This document shows, piece after piece, positions 13,674 to 27,300 of a stretch of 64,000 nucleotides of DNA. Origin of the DNA: Catajapyx aquilonaris (lineage: Eukaryota); NCBI GenBank assembly GCA_000934665.2, contig KZ538001.1, forward strand, positions 62,001 to 126,000, written 5' to 3'. The notes under the pieces are model-generated. The model saw only the letters and a program-made list of their open reading frames with translations, was not told where the DNA came from and did not search any database. The translations under genes and the position numbers were made by a program. The stretch's first letter is position 1. Every line of letters begins with the position of its first letter.

Positions 13674-13744
13674 GTTAATTAGTGCCATTTTCTTTGCAGG
13701 TAAGCATCGTGACTGAAGCTGCCTCCAACATGCTGCCAGTAAGT
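13674..13744 (+). promoter_or_regulatory. Candidate recursive splice site (ratchet point) with 39-nt cryptic RS-exon
   Basis: gttaat...ccattttctttgcAG|GTAAGC (AG 13698-13699, GT 13700-13701), then a second consensus donor GTAAGT at 13739-13744. Same strand as the Ig exon. Confidence 0.65.
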
Positions 13745-15169
13745 CTAACCCGGAACCTTAGATCAAGCCTTTAACTGCTGCATTTCCAGCTGTAAAGAGA
13801 AATAACGAGGCGGGGGTTTTTGGAGAGAGAAAAATGCTCGAGGTTCCATGATCCCCAAATGCGAGAAGGCTTTATAGGAAAACCAATATTCGGAAAGGTG
13901 CGAAAATGTAAATTACGTTTGGTAATGCCGTTGATGATTCAGCGATACGTCTTATCACGGGCCGTTGAGCAGAGAAGGAAGAAGGGCGAAGGAAAGTGGA
14001 AGGCAGTCGGATGCCTGCCAGGCCAATCCAATAGAGTGTTTGGTTGTCTGGGTGTATAGGGCGGGGGCGGCAGACGACTAGTAAGAATAGTAGTGTAGTG
14101 TAGTTTTTGGGCGACCAATGAGCCCCGCCTGTAAATAACGGAGGCCCCGGGATATCGATTTCCCGTTTGCAAGGAGGGAAATGCCATTAATTTTTGCCAG
14201 GGTTTCCCCCGTCCGGCGGCCCCGTGTACTCATTCCTTGTCTTGAAAATATTATCCGTGTAGAAGCAGCGCTCTTTAGGGGATGGGAAGAGCGTCCCCAT
14301 CACTCATGGCTGAGGGCCCGTTATCCGGCCAGGAATTGAGATTTTGGTGGGGAACTGCAAACACTCGAGAGGTCCCTGGGGAACACGCGCCTTTTATGGG
14401 CGAATTGGTTTTAAAATATGCGCCGTAACGATGTTTATAGGTTGGAGAAACAAACCCCTGCCTCCCCACCTCCCCTCTCGCCGAGCTGTAAGGAGAGAGG
14501 AGGCTGTAGAGGCTTATCAGCACTTTTTTTTTCTTCCTCTCAGTTATGGTATCAGGCATGAAGGAGAACCTATTTTTGCTAGTACAGTACCGTGGATTTG
14601 CGCATGAAGAACGACGGTGCATTGTCCGTCTCAAATTGTCGCAATTTATAGCCACAACTCCTGATGAAAAGTTGGGTGTTTGATAATTATGGGGGAGGAA
14701 GGTGGTAAGGCAGTGGGGTGCTCTAATAATGGGTACAAATGGCACGTCTGAATTGGAGAGAAGTTTGGTCGTGACCGCAGCAAAGCATGTTGCGGAGGAC
14801 GGGAAGTGATGGTGGACCACACCAAGGTGGCGATTCCGGTCATTTTCTCCAATGAAGCCTATAGGGGGTGCCCTGCAATTCCGGCCAGCGTGTTTCTTGA
14901 CTCCTGCGGCAGAAATGTAGTCCGGCTGCTGTACAGAACCTGGAGGCCACAAACCATATGGCTCTATTGCGCCACGCTCGAGCTGGACTCCAATTAGGCT
15001 ATTCATCATATTGCGACTTTAGGCGTGCAGTAGGGACGAGACAAGCTCATTTTCATGCACGGATTTCAGATATGATGTCAAAAATCTGCACGCTGCCACT
15101 TTGCGTTTTAGTGAATTTTTTAACGAGTTATATGCTGGAAGGTGGCAACTATTTTTTCAGTGTATAGGT

Positions 15170-15347
15170 TGTGAGGGTTAGCCTCCACAGGTCATCCCTC
15201 AGGGTCCTGGTCCAATAATACACAGGTTAGGAGCAACCCAATAAATTACGACCAGCCCGGAACCAGGCCGTTCCGCGACTCCCTCGACAAGAAAGCCCCA
15301 CCAGGTACACACCTACACGCCACTGCCCTCTAGTGAGGGGTGTCACA
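15170..15347. mobile_element. Solo-LTR-like element, copy A (178 bp)
   Basis: TGTGA...TCACA termini, exact 4-bp TSD AGGT (15166-69 / 15348-51); shares TGGTCCAATAAT and CCAGGTxCACACC with copy C. Confidence 0.7.
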
Positions 15348-18300
15348 AGGTCATGCTAATGTAACCCCGCGAGCATAAAGATTGAGACGGCAGGCCCTTT
15401 TTTGACCTTTCTTTATCCGACTCAAATTAATGAACTCTTTTTGGACCGAGTTAGGCGTGCGTTCAGGCATGTGTTCGTGTATTTATGACAATATATTCGA
15501 TACCGTAATAGCTGAGATTGGCAGAGCAGCCTGTCGATGCCGTCTCCATCTTTATGCTCGCGGGTGTACATCTTCGATCAACTCAAATACACTTCACCAG
15601 GCGATACACAGGAACAAATGCTACTTAGTGGTGTACATAACTCAAAATCATCCTCCAGCTCAGCTTACTAAACTTGGCCAAGTGCACTAAATGAGCGTAC
15701 GTAGCCTTCAATTACACGTGGCCAAGCACCTAATGAAAATGGAGCTGAAATTCTCCCCCCAAATTTGGGGCCACTTGTTTTTGACTCTAGGAATTTGCGT
15801 GTGACGCACCGTAATATTGCATGGCTAGCATAGTTTCCATTGAGAAATGAATTCCCCTAATTTGATGTATCCCCCCCATCTCCTTTGTTGAGCGAGCCGT
15901 CTGAATCGCGTTCCAAGCCAGCATCTCTCCATGTAAGCCGTGGTGATTACTGAAAGGAGTATATTCATTCGAGCCAGCCCAGCATCCATCTGGGTAGGCC
16001 TGTGTGCAGATGGATCCTTTTGGGCTGGCACCCCCTTCCCATCTCTACCCCTTCTTCTGCAGCATCTTCCTTTCCCATTCTTAAAGGCCTCCCCCTAATT
16101 TTCTATTTATCGTATGAATAATTCATCGAGTTTGCAATCTTTGCTTTGCAGTAGTGGCGGGAGGGCTTGATGGTGGGTGGGGTCCCGCCCTGATGAAATA
16201 TAGAGCTCATCCCTTGAGAGGAGAGCTGGTGGGGACACGTCATCTCGTAAAAATGGATTCTGCCCGCTCTTGGTTTAATTTGGCGCGTTCCGACCCCCGC
16301 TTTTTTTTTCGCCCATGAGCCACCTTAGGAATTCCGCTACATGCTGGGATTCGGAGTGCACTTTTTTTCTGTTTCGTGTTTTTTTTCCACCTTCATCACC
16401 CCCCACCCGCGATGCTGCTAAAAGGACCAACTAACTAACTAACTAGCAAGTAGTAAACAAGCTCCTCTGCAAACTCTCCAAGTTGTCGCTACAGGCTCGC
16501 TGGGAGATGTCAACATATAGCGACCTTTTTTACAGTCTCGACGCGACGGGACGTATATAACGGTGCGTAATGGATCTAGTGTCTAGTGTAGAAAAAAATA
16601 GGATAATAGCAGGTGCTGGAGCTGGTGTTTTCAACATATGAAGAAATATGGCAACGTTTAGGTTAGGGGAGTAGGGCTATAATTATGCATCAGGAAGTAG
16701 GGTGTTACAAATGCCAAATTCCTGTGCCCGTTTTTTGTTGGGTATGAGCCTCCCTGTATGCACAAGGAGGATCATACCTAACAAAAAAACAGGGAAATAC
16801 TGAAGTAATTCTTGGTTAAGCTGATCAGGGCATGGTTCCTGTAGGCTTATGCGATGTGTCCATTACATTTGACCGGCGAAGAGCACATTTGGAGCGTGCC
16901 ATGTCTGGGCGAGTCGTTGAAAGCAAGGTTTCGCTGGGGTGGTGAGGGAGAGCTAATGACATTTGCCGTGTTTGCCGAGAGGCTCAAGTGCCGTAAGTAA
17001 CTTTTCTCGCAAATAGGGGTGCTGAAAGTGCAAATTAGAGTCTTTTAAGTTAGGGTGAGGTTGATTTAGGTGAGCAGTTGACGATTACTTAGGCAGCCTG
17101 CTGGGGCATAGGCTTTGGGTCGCTGGCTCGGTTTTGCCTGCTCGCGATGCTGATGTCAACTTAGCAAGTCCACATCAGGGACATAACTTGAAATAAATAT
17201 ATTGTGCGTCCAGGCTTGAAAGGCAGCTGACCCTTAACACCACCAACTACCCCCAACCTGCATGATGGTGACTGAAAGGTCAGTGGAGTGATATGAAACA
17301 ATCGGTTGTAAAGAAGGGGAAAAGGTAGAAGGTGCGGGTAGGGAAGAGGCCAAGTGTGTGCAGAGGCGACAATAGATGAGGCCAATAGAAGCTGGAGAAG
17401 TGGGTTGGGCATGAAAATAATCCAAAATGGACGAGGGAAGCTCCAGTGAAACGAAGAAGAAAAATAATAATCCGATGGTTCTACACTTGATTAGCACATT
17501 TTTGGGGAAAAAATTGCAAGCTCCTTATACAGTCTATGTAGCGGTTTATTCAAGGTAGTAGCCTACACGGAGAAATAGTAATGAGGAATTTCTTTGTGCC
17601 TGATAAAAGCATGCAAGCCGGAAAGCCGACTCCATTTCTCCTTTTTTAAGGAATTATGATGGGCTCCTATCATGGAGCGCCTCTTTATCCGTTTGATGTG
17701 GCTGCTCATTTAATAAGAAGGGCCGCGGAGGACTCAAGGCGGTCTCGCCTTTTAGAGCGTCAGCGAAGCAGAAAAGCCGAGCTGAGCAAAATGTAGGTTG
17801 CTTCAGAAAACGCCCGCTGCAACTAGGGGACCGGGGGGTGGGGAGCAAGGGGGTGGCGGGGACGACGACAAGTTTCAAAGGATGGATAGAGAATGATATT
17901 CCTACCTTTTGGAGCAGTGGAAAAGAAGGAAAAAAAAATGAAGGAAAAAGGAACCAACGAACGAGGGTTCTTCCATTTTTGTCTAGGATCGGAGTGATAT
18001 TTCAAGGCGATCCGATTCCGTCGTTTGTGATTGGCAGCGACACCAATTTGCCGTGTAATTAAAAGTCCCCTTGTTAAGGAGACGGATCTGCCTGGCCTGA
18101 GCTTTGATTCGTTACCCTTGTTCATTTGTCCGTTATCAGTTACGCAATTAGGGCTGACATGTTCACACGGGACTCGTTGTGTCATTGGCTGATTCCAACC
18201 ACATTCTAAGAAATTTGGGCAGTTTGTCATTTTTGTAACAATTAGAATGGAAATTACATACCCATAACTATATATTTAGAGACCCAAACGATGCTCGTGT

Positions 18301-21300
18301 GAATCCAGCTTGATACACTTGACTAAGGTGTCTGGGAGATATTCGTGCCGGAGTGTTGGAAGCGGTACATGTACAAAAAGGAGTGATAGTATCATGGCGG
18401 TCATATTTTTGTTATGGGTTTTAAAAACAGTGTGAGAGAGGGGGGGCCCTTTACTGGCGCCATAATAAACGCTGCGTGATCCGACTCGCTCCCAAAGTGA
18501 TTTCGATGGTTCCAACATGCTGCAAGCTAGAAAGTAGCCCTTTGCTACAAATATACTAATTCCTGTACTTTCCACTCTGAATTGGACTCCCAACAAAAAA
18601 AGTACGGCAGTTTTCACAATGCAGGAAATTAGGATGATATTGATTGTATTGCTATGGACGCTGAAAATTCCTGGTAACCTTAGCTTTGGATTTTTTTTTT
18701 CAGTCCGAGTTGGATTTTTTTTTTGCTACACATGCAAGTAATTAATTAGGCAAATTTTCAGCAAAACCGCAGTGTGGCATCACCATAGCAGATTGATATA
18801 TAATTAATGATACAGTACCGACCAATACAACAAGAAACATGTTTGTATCTGATGTTATGTTATTACAATTCGTAGTATTCCAACAAAATGCTATAATTAT
18901 ATCACCTGCAATCCTTTAATCCTGCAGCAGGACTGTTGTAACCCATTAACGTAATCACATGACTAGGCTGCCCGATTAACCAAATTACGCACGTAATTAT
19001 TTAATTACTAAATAGGAATGAATAGTAGAGCATATTGGTATTAGCATAGGCCGGACCGGGCGCTGGAGCTTCACGAGCTTATTAAGTGAACTAGTTGCAC
19101 ACTCATACTTGGAGTGATTTCCCTAGATACCGTACTCTTCGTTGGAATATATTGCAGCCTGTTGGCTCTTCCTACCCCCCCTTTTTTTCACTTACCCAGC
19201 TTTTGCAGTCTGAAAAGGCGAAAAAGCGAGCGACCTCCCCCCCCCCCAGAAAAAAAACACACACTGTAAATCCCCACCCGCCTGTCTCCAACATAAATTT
19301 AGTAGTTGCAACTTGGCGACACGAGTTAGCTCCCCTAACCCCCACCTCTATGTCATTACGGCACGGGTTTTTTTTAGAAGCCAAAAAGAGTTTTAGGGGG
19401 GTTGAGAGTACACAGCATGCATGGCAGTAATGTAGGGAGACTTGAGATCATGTTTGTTTAGGGGGGCTAAAGGGATGTGCTATGAAGAAATAGTGATAGT
19501 TGTCATAGTGGGTGGTGGATTCAGTGGGCGAGAGAGAGAGAGAGCGCAGTCAGTGTGTATAAAATGGATGAAAGCAAAACACGGTATAATTAAACCGCCG
19601 ATTAACATCAACATTCGAAATAAATTTACTGCGTTATTAATAAGGCTTATTGGCTTTATCACCACAGCTGACCAAATGAATAGTTTGTTTCCATGGTTGC
19701 AGTGTACAATCATAGCTGATAGACTGTCCGATCGACCGTGCCATAAGGTACCGGTCAGTACTCCCAATTATTTTTCTATACGACCAACAACGGACAAGGC
19801 GACAATTAATGGTCAGTATACTATAACGCCTGGTATGATAGTAATTGGGAGACTGATGATACACAAGCGACATCAAAGGACTGCTACTATCAAGCCTATA
19901 CCTGGTTTCCGGGCTCTGTGAAGGAAGTGACAAAAGCCTGATTCCCGGTAGAGGGGGCCCCTAATTCGCGGGGCTGGTATCCGATATCCCTTCTGTTTCG
20001 CAGGTGCTTGTTTGTTTTAAGCCACTTGACGCAGCTTGTTACTACTGCTTAGTAAATAATTATGACGCGGCCGCTGGCTTATTGCAGTTTAATGCCCGCT
20101 TAAAGGCGACGCTTACCAAGCAACGCACGGCTAATTCTAAACATAATATTACAAGCTAATATTGAGACAAATATTAAAACACATTTTTTCTAATTATTTG
20201 CTTATAATATTTTTAGAATGAGCTATTTCTAAACTTAATATATTACAAGCTATCCAAATAGCTGTTGTCTCGTGTGTTATAAGCGTTATTCGTGACTTTG
20301 GACGACGCACCCAATTCAACCCTTATTGCGTTTCTTATTCGACACCCGATATAGCATACGTGTCTAGGGTGCGAAGGAGCTTAGATCTTGAGTTATGTCT
20401 TGATGGAGAAATAGTACCAGCAGGTGGCCACCTGTTACCCGGAATTTCACCAAGGTTTTGTCAACCCGGCCGTCTGAATCTAATTAAAGTTGTCCTTAAC
20501 ACCGGTCTGAGCACGTAATTCCGTTTTTTATCGAAAAAACGAACATGCTCTACCGGAAACGTGTGGGTAACGCGATTCATTTTCAGTGATGTTACTAACG
20601 GGATTTTCAGTAACCCCCCTTGTATTTTTTTTTTGCGCACTCTCTCACACGACGATTAAGAATGAGATCAACCAAGCCCACTTTTCACCTTAACTCTGAC
20701 TCACAGCTGGGAAAGTTGGTAAAAACGCACCCAGCCATGAAGTTGAACAGAAGGAAAAGGCTCCACCCTTGTGCATGCGATGCAACTAAGAGGACATTAA
20801 GGATTGGGTCCGACCATCCATGCAAGTGTTGACAAGCTGTGGGCAAGAGGAATCGTTTGTCCCCCTATATTTATTTCGTTTGAATGAAACCGACGGATGC
20901 AAATAGGCGTACCTGCTGTTAGGGACAAATAAAAGGGGGGGGGGACAGATCAATATTATGCTTTTGGCAAATTACCGTTAGCCTGACGTCACTTGGTTAG
21001 AGGCTACTCGGCGGTTGCCACCAGAATGCAACCTCATATCAGTTAACTCCGACACTCCGATAGAATAAACACAAGGTCAGCAGTCATTGCCCCTATGCAA
21101 CAACCTTGGAAATAACATGTCTTTTTATTTGTACGAACGTCTATAGAAAATTAGGGTATGGGAAAACTTCCGGAGAGATCACCCCGGAGTTATAGGTCAT
21201 TTCAGTTGGTTCAAGTTATAGAACGGGGGCTAAAATCTGTCCTTCGATTGAGAAGTTTGGCAGTTCGGATTGTTCGAGGATTTTTTTTTTTTAACTTTTT

Positions 21301-24300
21301 TTCTGGGGCGTGTGGGTGGGGTGTTCAGAAGGGCACGAAAATTGGCGGGGGTTATTTCGAAGCCCCTTCTAGAAAGGTAGCATGGGAACCAAGGCCTGCA
21401 TCTTCCTGTGCGGGTCGACTACCCCGCTTTTCTCGTTACCTCTTCTACTAGCTTTCGTTAATCAATCAGTGCCCTCAGGCTCGGAAGTGGATCCTCCGTC
21501 CCTGGCCGCCTTTCTGACGACTTTTTTTTAACTACTTAAATTTCTATATAAAAAATTTTTCACCGTTGAATATACGAGCTGAAAGCATTGGAGCGGAAAT
21601 ATGTTGGGTATGGTGAAGACCACACCCATTCCTCCACCTAGTCTTCCACCCACTTAGTTGGCAGGACATTTTATTAATGAACAAATCATGGCCTTCATAG
21701 GGTCAGGTTTTGCTGGCTTTTTACGAAATGATTTGCGAGCAGCTTGTGATTGATTTAGGTAATATTACAGAGTAGGGGGAGCTGTAGCTTTTTTACTGGG
21801 CGGACACGACAGCCATGTTGATACTGTAATGTGATGACATTAAGGAGATTATGATATCCACAAGCCAGCTCGGGCTCTGTGAATGACAAAATATTGGACG
21901 GGACATTCGGGGTAATGAAAAACGGCGACACTTACGTGCCGCATTATTTTAAGTGGTAGTGTCCACTGCCACATTCTGGAAATTGGATCCATTTTGCATA
22001 TTGCTGTAAGGCAGTGTATTTATAAAGGTGCGATTTTGGCTTCGTGAGAAATAATTGCAAAAACAAAAATTGCAAAAATCAACTAGGATAATTTTGTAAT
22101 GTAGGTCCCATGAGTTGTAATACCCTGTGCATGTCAACGCAGAAATGACTCAGAAATGAAGTGATTGAGTATAACGTGTAGTTTATGTCATGGATAATGC
22201 ATTGCTGCGCTATAGAAGGCAAATGAATCCTCCAGGGGGTTGAATGTTGACCGATAGCCTTGACCAATGGGAAAACGATCTGGATCTCAGCACAAGCTGC
22301 ATTTTATAACGAATAAAAAAAGCTCGAGCAAAGAAACTCCTCGCTTTTTTATCATTTTTTTTTCCTTTTTTTTTTGAATTTTACTTTGTAAAGTGGCACT
22401 TGGGCCGTGCCTTTGACCCCAGTTGGAACCCTCCCCTTCCTCCAGCACCCAGTTCCCGAAAATCCGGCCCCACACTCATCGAGATTTTGCTGAAAGTAAT
22501 TGGAGAGATCAATAAGCAGTCTGCAGCAGCGCTTTGAAAGTGCACTCGGAATCTCTTCCGCTCGGCGAAGAATTTGAATCAACGAATTCCACCGCGAGTT
22601 GACAAAGATATTTCGAAGGCCGCGAAATAATGAGAGCTCGGCACCGCTTTTCTTCCCCTGGAGAGACCCCCCTAGCTAAGCCCACGATTCGCAGGCTCTT
22701 GTTGACAACCCCACAGCTTCTCGACATATTTTTTTATTTATATACACAGCAAAGTAGGGGGACATTTTTGGTCGACCCCCACACTTGTCTGTCAGGACCA
22801 AAAAAATGAGAGAACAAAGAATTCCCAACGGCGGTATATGTTTAGGAGTAGATTTGATCTAGCTCATGCTGTGCGGCTAATGCGATTTGTGTGCGAATTT
22901 TCTTAATTTTAGGTTAGCAATTATAGGGGGATGGAGATAAAGCTGAGCATGTTGTCAGTGGGACGTGTGAAGGTATAGAGTTTGGCCTTGGTTCCCCCAG
23001 TAGGAGAGCGTGAGTAAAAACTGGGAGGACCGCTGGTGTTGCGGGACAAGGTTCTTGACTTACAGTCCCACAGGGGGAACGAGAGCTAAATATACAGGTC
23101 TTTAAATTTTAGAAAACCCTTTGTAGCCAGTCTCTATCTTAGAAAACAGTATACACTGGAGGAAAAACGTTTCTTTGTGCGCCCGTATCTTTAACACCCT
23201 TTTTGTGCATTCGTAGTAGCATTTTGTAGACCCCAATGGCTTAGGAGACAAGGACTGATTAGTGGATCACGGATTGGGCGAAAGTCGTGCCGGTGGAAGG
23301 AAGAACCCACTTGCTGGCAATTGATAATAACCTGAACAGCCTGAGGGACCTGGGTGAATGCAGGTAGCCCATCCAGGGCTAGGAGGTTTGTCCGGGGGTA
23401 CATCTGACGTAGTATTTTTCCAAGGCCAGTTGAAACCGTGGCGGATAAGAGCAGTTGCCTTGTCCGGCCAACCCAAGATGGAAAGCACACGGTGGGAACC
23501 TAACCGGCTTCCACGGCTGGCAAACCAGCCTTCCTTCCTGGCCACACTTTTTTTTCCACTTCTTCTTCTCCTTCTTCATCTTCTTCCAAACCCTGGAGGC
23601 ATTTCTGCCAGCAGGTGGGAAAGCCAGACTAGACCTGGAAAAAAAAGGAAAGAAATAAGGAGGGAAGGGCAAGTTGCGTCTTAAGGGGTGGACGTGGTCT
23701 GCAAGTGGACTTGGCACCCAAGCCAGCCAAGTGTTGCCACCTTTTGGTGTTAGCAGGAGTTGTGGACAACCGGTCATCTTCAGGGCGTACAGATCACGTT
23801 GGCTGCTGATCCGCAATCGCCATCTGGGAATCGATTTCTTAGACCTATTCATTCGAGGGTGGCCTGCCGACCCTCTTTCATCATTCCAGAAATTGCGGAT
23901 CTAAACTGGCGACAATTCATGCATTTTTCATGGCCGGGAGTACTGAGACTGCTTCCAAATATCTTTGCGGTGTGAGGAGGAGGAGGAGGAAGTGGAGTAA
24001 CAATGGATGTCACGTATAGGTCTCCAGCTCCTGACTGGAAGGAAATTGCACTTTGAAATTGTCCCGACGGTTGTTGTCACGTTCCTACGCATTCTTCCGC
24101 AGCCAGATAACTAGGTTGTAACCCACTTAAAGTGTTGACCCTGCCAACTCCTGCTCATCTTAACACCTTCCCCAGGCTAAAAATACTGAATGAGACAAAC
24201 AAAACGATACTTGATTCAGCCGTTTGGTTCGAATCATTTGTAGCGTGCTTGGGGAAATCTACAGAAAAGCCACTAATGATTGTTTGTCTTAAGAGACATC

Positions 24301-27300
24301 GGAACCGTGTTGGTAATCATCCAATCCTCAAGGGGAAGTCTGAGTAAGTGACCCTTTCTAATCCTTTTGTAGCCACATGAGATGGAGTCGAATGAAAGTG
24401 GGCTCCCCAAAGGGACCACCGAATTTGGCCAGGAGCAAGAGCGTGAGCGAGGATTCTTCTGCCTTGATTGCAATTTGGAAGGATGAGTTTTTTTCTACAG
24501 GTGAAGGTGGCTGGAAAAAAACACTGGGATTGCGTCGTTGTAATACGTTAGTCTTGGCTCTTGGAAAATATCAATTAATCTTGGCAATTAGATTAACTCG
24601 AATCGATTCGGTGGATTTGTGCTGCTCTAGCCACAATATATTGAAGCCGGCCCTTATACTATCACTGCATAGTGATAGGGAAATGATGGATAGAATGAAA
24701 ATCCTTTGCTCGGTTGAGGAGTAAGCAAACCGCGCTTCAAAGGCCCTTGAAGTTCCTTTGTGCCAGCCCGGATCGCGAGTATAACTTAGGTCCAGGCTAT
24801 TCTGAAAAAGATATTGAGATGGAGAAATGGGAAGGACTTGTCCCAGAATGAAAATCTGAAGGCATACATGTCCATCCCTGTTGATTAAGCATGTTTGAAA
24901 GTACATAAATCGAGAAGCTGTGGAGGGATCTTTCGAAGCATCACATCCAGTGAAATGCAAACTCGACTTTGCGAGTGAATCATCGCGCGGAAAATCCGCC
25001 CCCCTGGTCCCTCGCCTGCGAATTGTCATGCAAAATCGGGATCGACTCTGCATGGGAGACTACGTGCAGACTATATAGGTGACGGCTGGATTTGATTTTC
25101 GTATAGGAGAATTAATTGTCTGATGGGCTGTATAGTGTCAGCGCAGTGCGGGAATCCAGGGTGACACACACTGGCCCGCCTTGGCTGTGCCTCAATCGGC
25201 AAGTAGCTGCAAGTTATTAGCAGTGTCATAACGTATTCTTGAGAGGCGAAAATATATTCGATCGGGGGAAACGAAATGGAGATGGAATGGTGCGACTGAG
25301 TGGCGCTGTGTGTTGCATGGGAATTCCCGAATTCAGAAATTAGATTCTGGGAATGTCTGGGGTGGATGGCTGAGTCGCTCTGAAATGGGCCGACAAGGAG
25401 GAGGCTTTTCAGGGATATAAAAGGCAGAGTGATTTTCCTATTTAGGAGGCTTCTCGGACGTCAGCTGTGCTGGCGCCCACTGGAATCCTTGTTTATGGCT
25501 GGCGCAAGTTTTTGACACGCGCGTCGGATGAGCCACTTCTTTTCTCCCGCCCCTTTATTTCTTCCCCTTTCCCTGACGGCCGTCGTATTCGGGGAAATAG
25601 CCCACAATAAATTAATATTTGCTCTACGTGATGGCCATATTGGTTTTTCGTTCCTGCAAGTGGTTCGCCACAAGCTGACACGGGGTGCCATCAAGCTGCA
25701 GCCGGATTAAAGTCCGTGTTACAAATCCGATATTTTGCTTCTCCCAAGTGCCCTCATCAGTCAAACCCAGCCAAGAAAATGGTTGTATATGGTAAAATCC
25801 ACAAGGTGTATGAATCTTCTCCAGCCAAACAAGAGGCCTTTGCCTGCAGCAGCAGCCCTGTGGATGGGGGGATTTGCTCTGGGATATTCAGAGGTGCTCC
25901 AAGTTGTCGTCTCGGAGGGGAATGGGATAATACCCCTTTTACTAAGCCCCGTGTTGCTCCGAATAATGAACGTCACTTGACGAAGTAGCGAGCCTTCTGA
26001 CAGGTTTGAAATGTTGAAGTGCTTGGATCGTGCCAGTCGATAAGGAGCAGAAGCTGGCTTTACCTTTCCGCCTCAAAAATCCGCTAATAGTGTAGGCTAC
26101 CTGCCCACTGTTTTCACGCGCTGTAATCAAGTGTGAGAGTAAAGTGCATATTATAGTTATGGCAAGTTAAAGCGCAAGCAAGCTGGAGCAAGTTGAACTA
26201 GGGCTCTGGAAGCTTTGAAGCCACCTAACCATCCGCCGTGCTGCTGTTGTTTGACGGTATTAGGGTAATTCACCTACGGCTCAGGCGCTTACATTAAACT
26301 CTGTCATTGCTCAGGCAGTACTGTAAATAAACAAGGAGTAAGAAATGGGGTCTCTGCCTGATGCTGCGGCTGTTGGACCTCTTCGGGCTATACAAGGGTG
26401 ACTGATTCGGACGTACTGAGGGTACCGGTAGTGATGGCGCAGGAGTGCCAAGAATAAAAAGAGCGGGTTGGGCTGGTAGGGATAGCAATATTGGCCAGTG
26501 CCAATCCCGGACCGGGGATTCCCAGAGCAAACGGCCATGTTTGAACAAGCCACCGATCCTTAAAATCGTCACGGGCAATCACAGCGGGTTTTCCATAAAG
26601 TGCCCATGAATGATTCATGAGTTTGTAACGAGCTGGAGCTACAGACCCTCCCCCCCCCTCTCTCTCTCTCTCTCTCTACTCCCTCCCCTACTTTTTCCCG
26701 GGTTTCCCTTCTCGTGCGTTGTTTCTCCCCGAATAATGAAGGCGGTTGGTTGTCCGCCTGCCCTCACTTGTTCCCTCTTTGCCTCTACCCATTTATCTAT
26801 TCATCCGTGCACCTATTCACATCGGCATACATAACCTAGCTACCTTCCTGAAAATGTTCCCATCCGCTCCCTCCCTCCTCGCCATCCACCGGAGCGCGAC
26901 TATCACATTATTTTCCGAACAGGAAAGTTGAAGTGGGGGGGTTTACCTTGCAAGTTTGGAAACTAGCCCTCTTCTTGCGAGAACAGTTCGCTTATCACAT
27001 TGCCAATTTCCGTTGGGCAACAAGAATCTTTGCCAGGCCCCCTAGTAATCATATTAATCGTCCGGAGGAAAAGGAACTTTTCCTGTCATGCAGATACATC
27101 TGTAAATGAATTGGAACTGGCTGGAGCTCCGTGTTCATTGTTCCGTTCCTTTCAAAACAGAGTTTTGGTGCTACCGGATCGAAAAGTCTTTTTTTTAAGC
27201 ATCAGGTAACCCTTGTCATTGCTCCTGTGGCGGTGACATTCTTTGCGTCAAGGGAGGAGGAAAATAATGGGCAACAACAAGGCCCAGCTCCTGTACTCAA

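Noticed and set aside
14275..15009. Longest ORF in the track (244 aa, minus strand)
   Set aside because: No recognisable domain or splice context; I treat it as a chance ORF, like the other short ORFs.
19959..20009. Acceptor-like cccttctgtttcgcAG|GTGCTT
   Set aside because: The regenerated donor GTGCTT is too weak to call a ratchet point, and no exon is evident.
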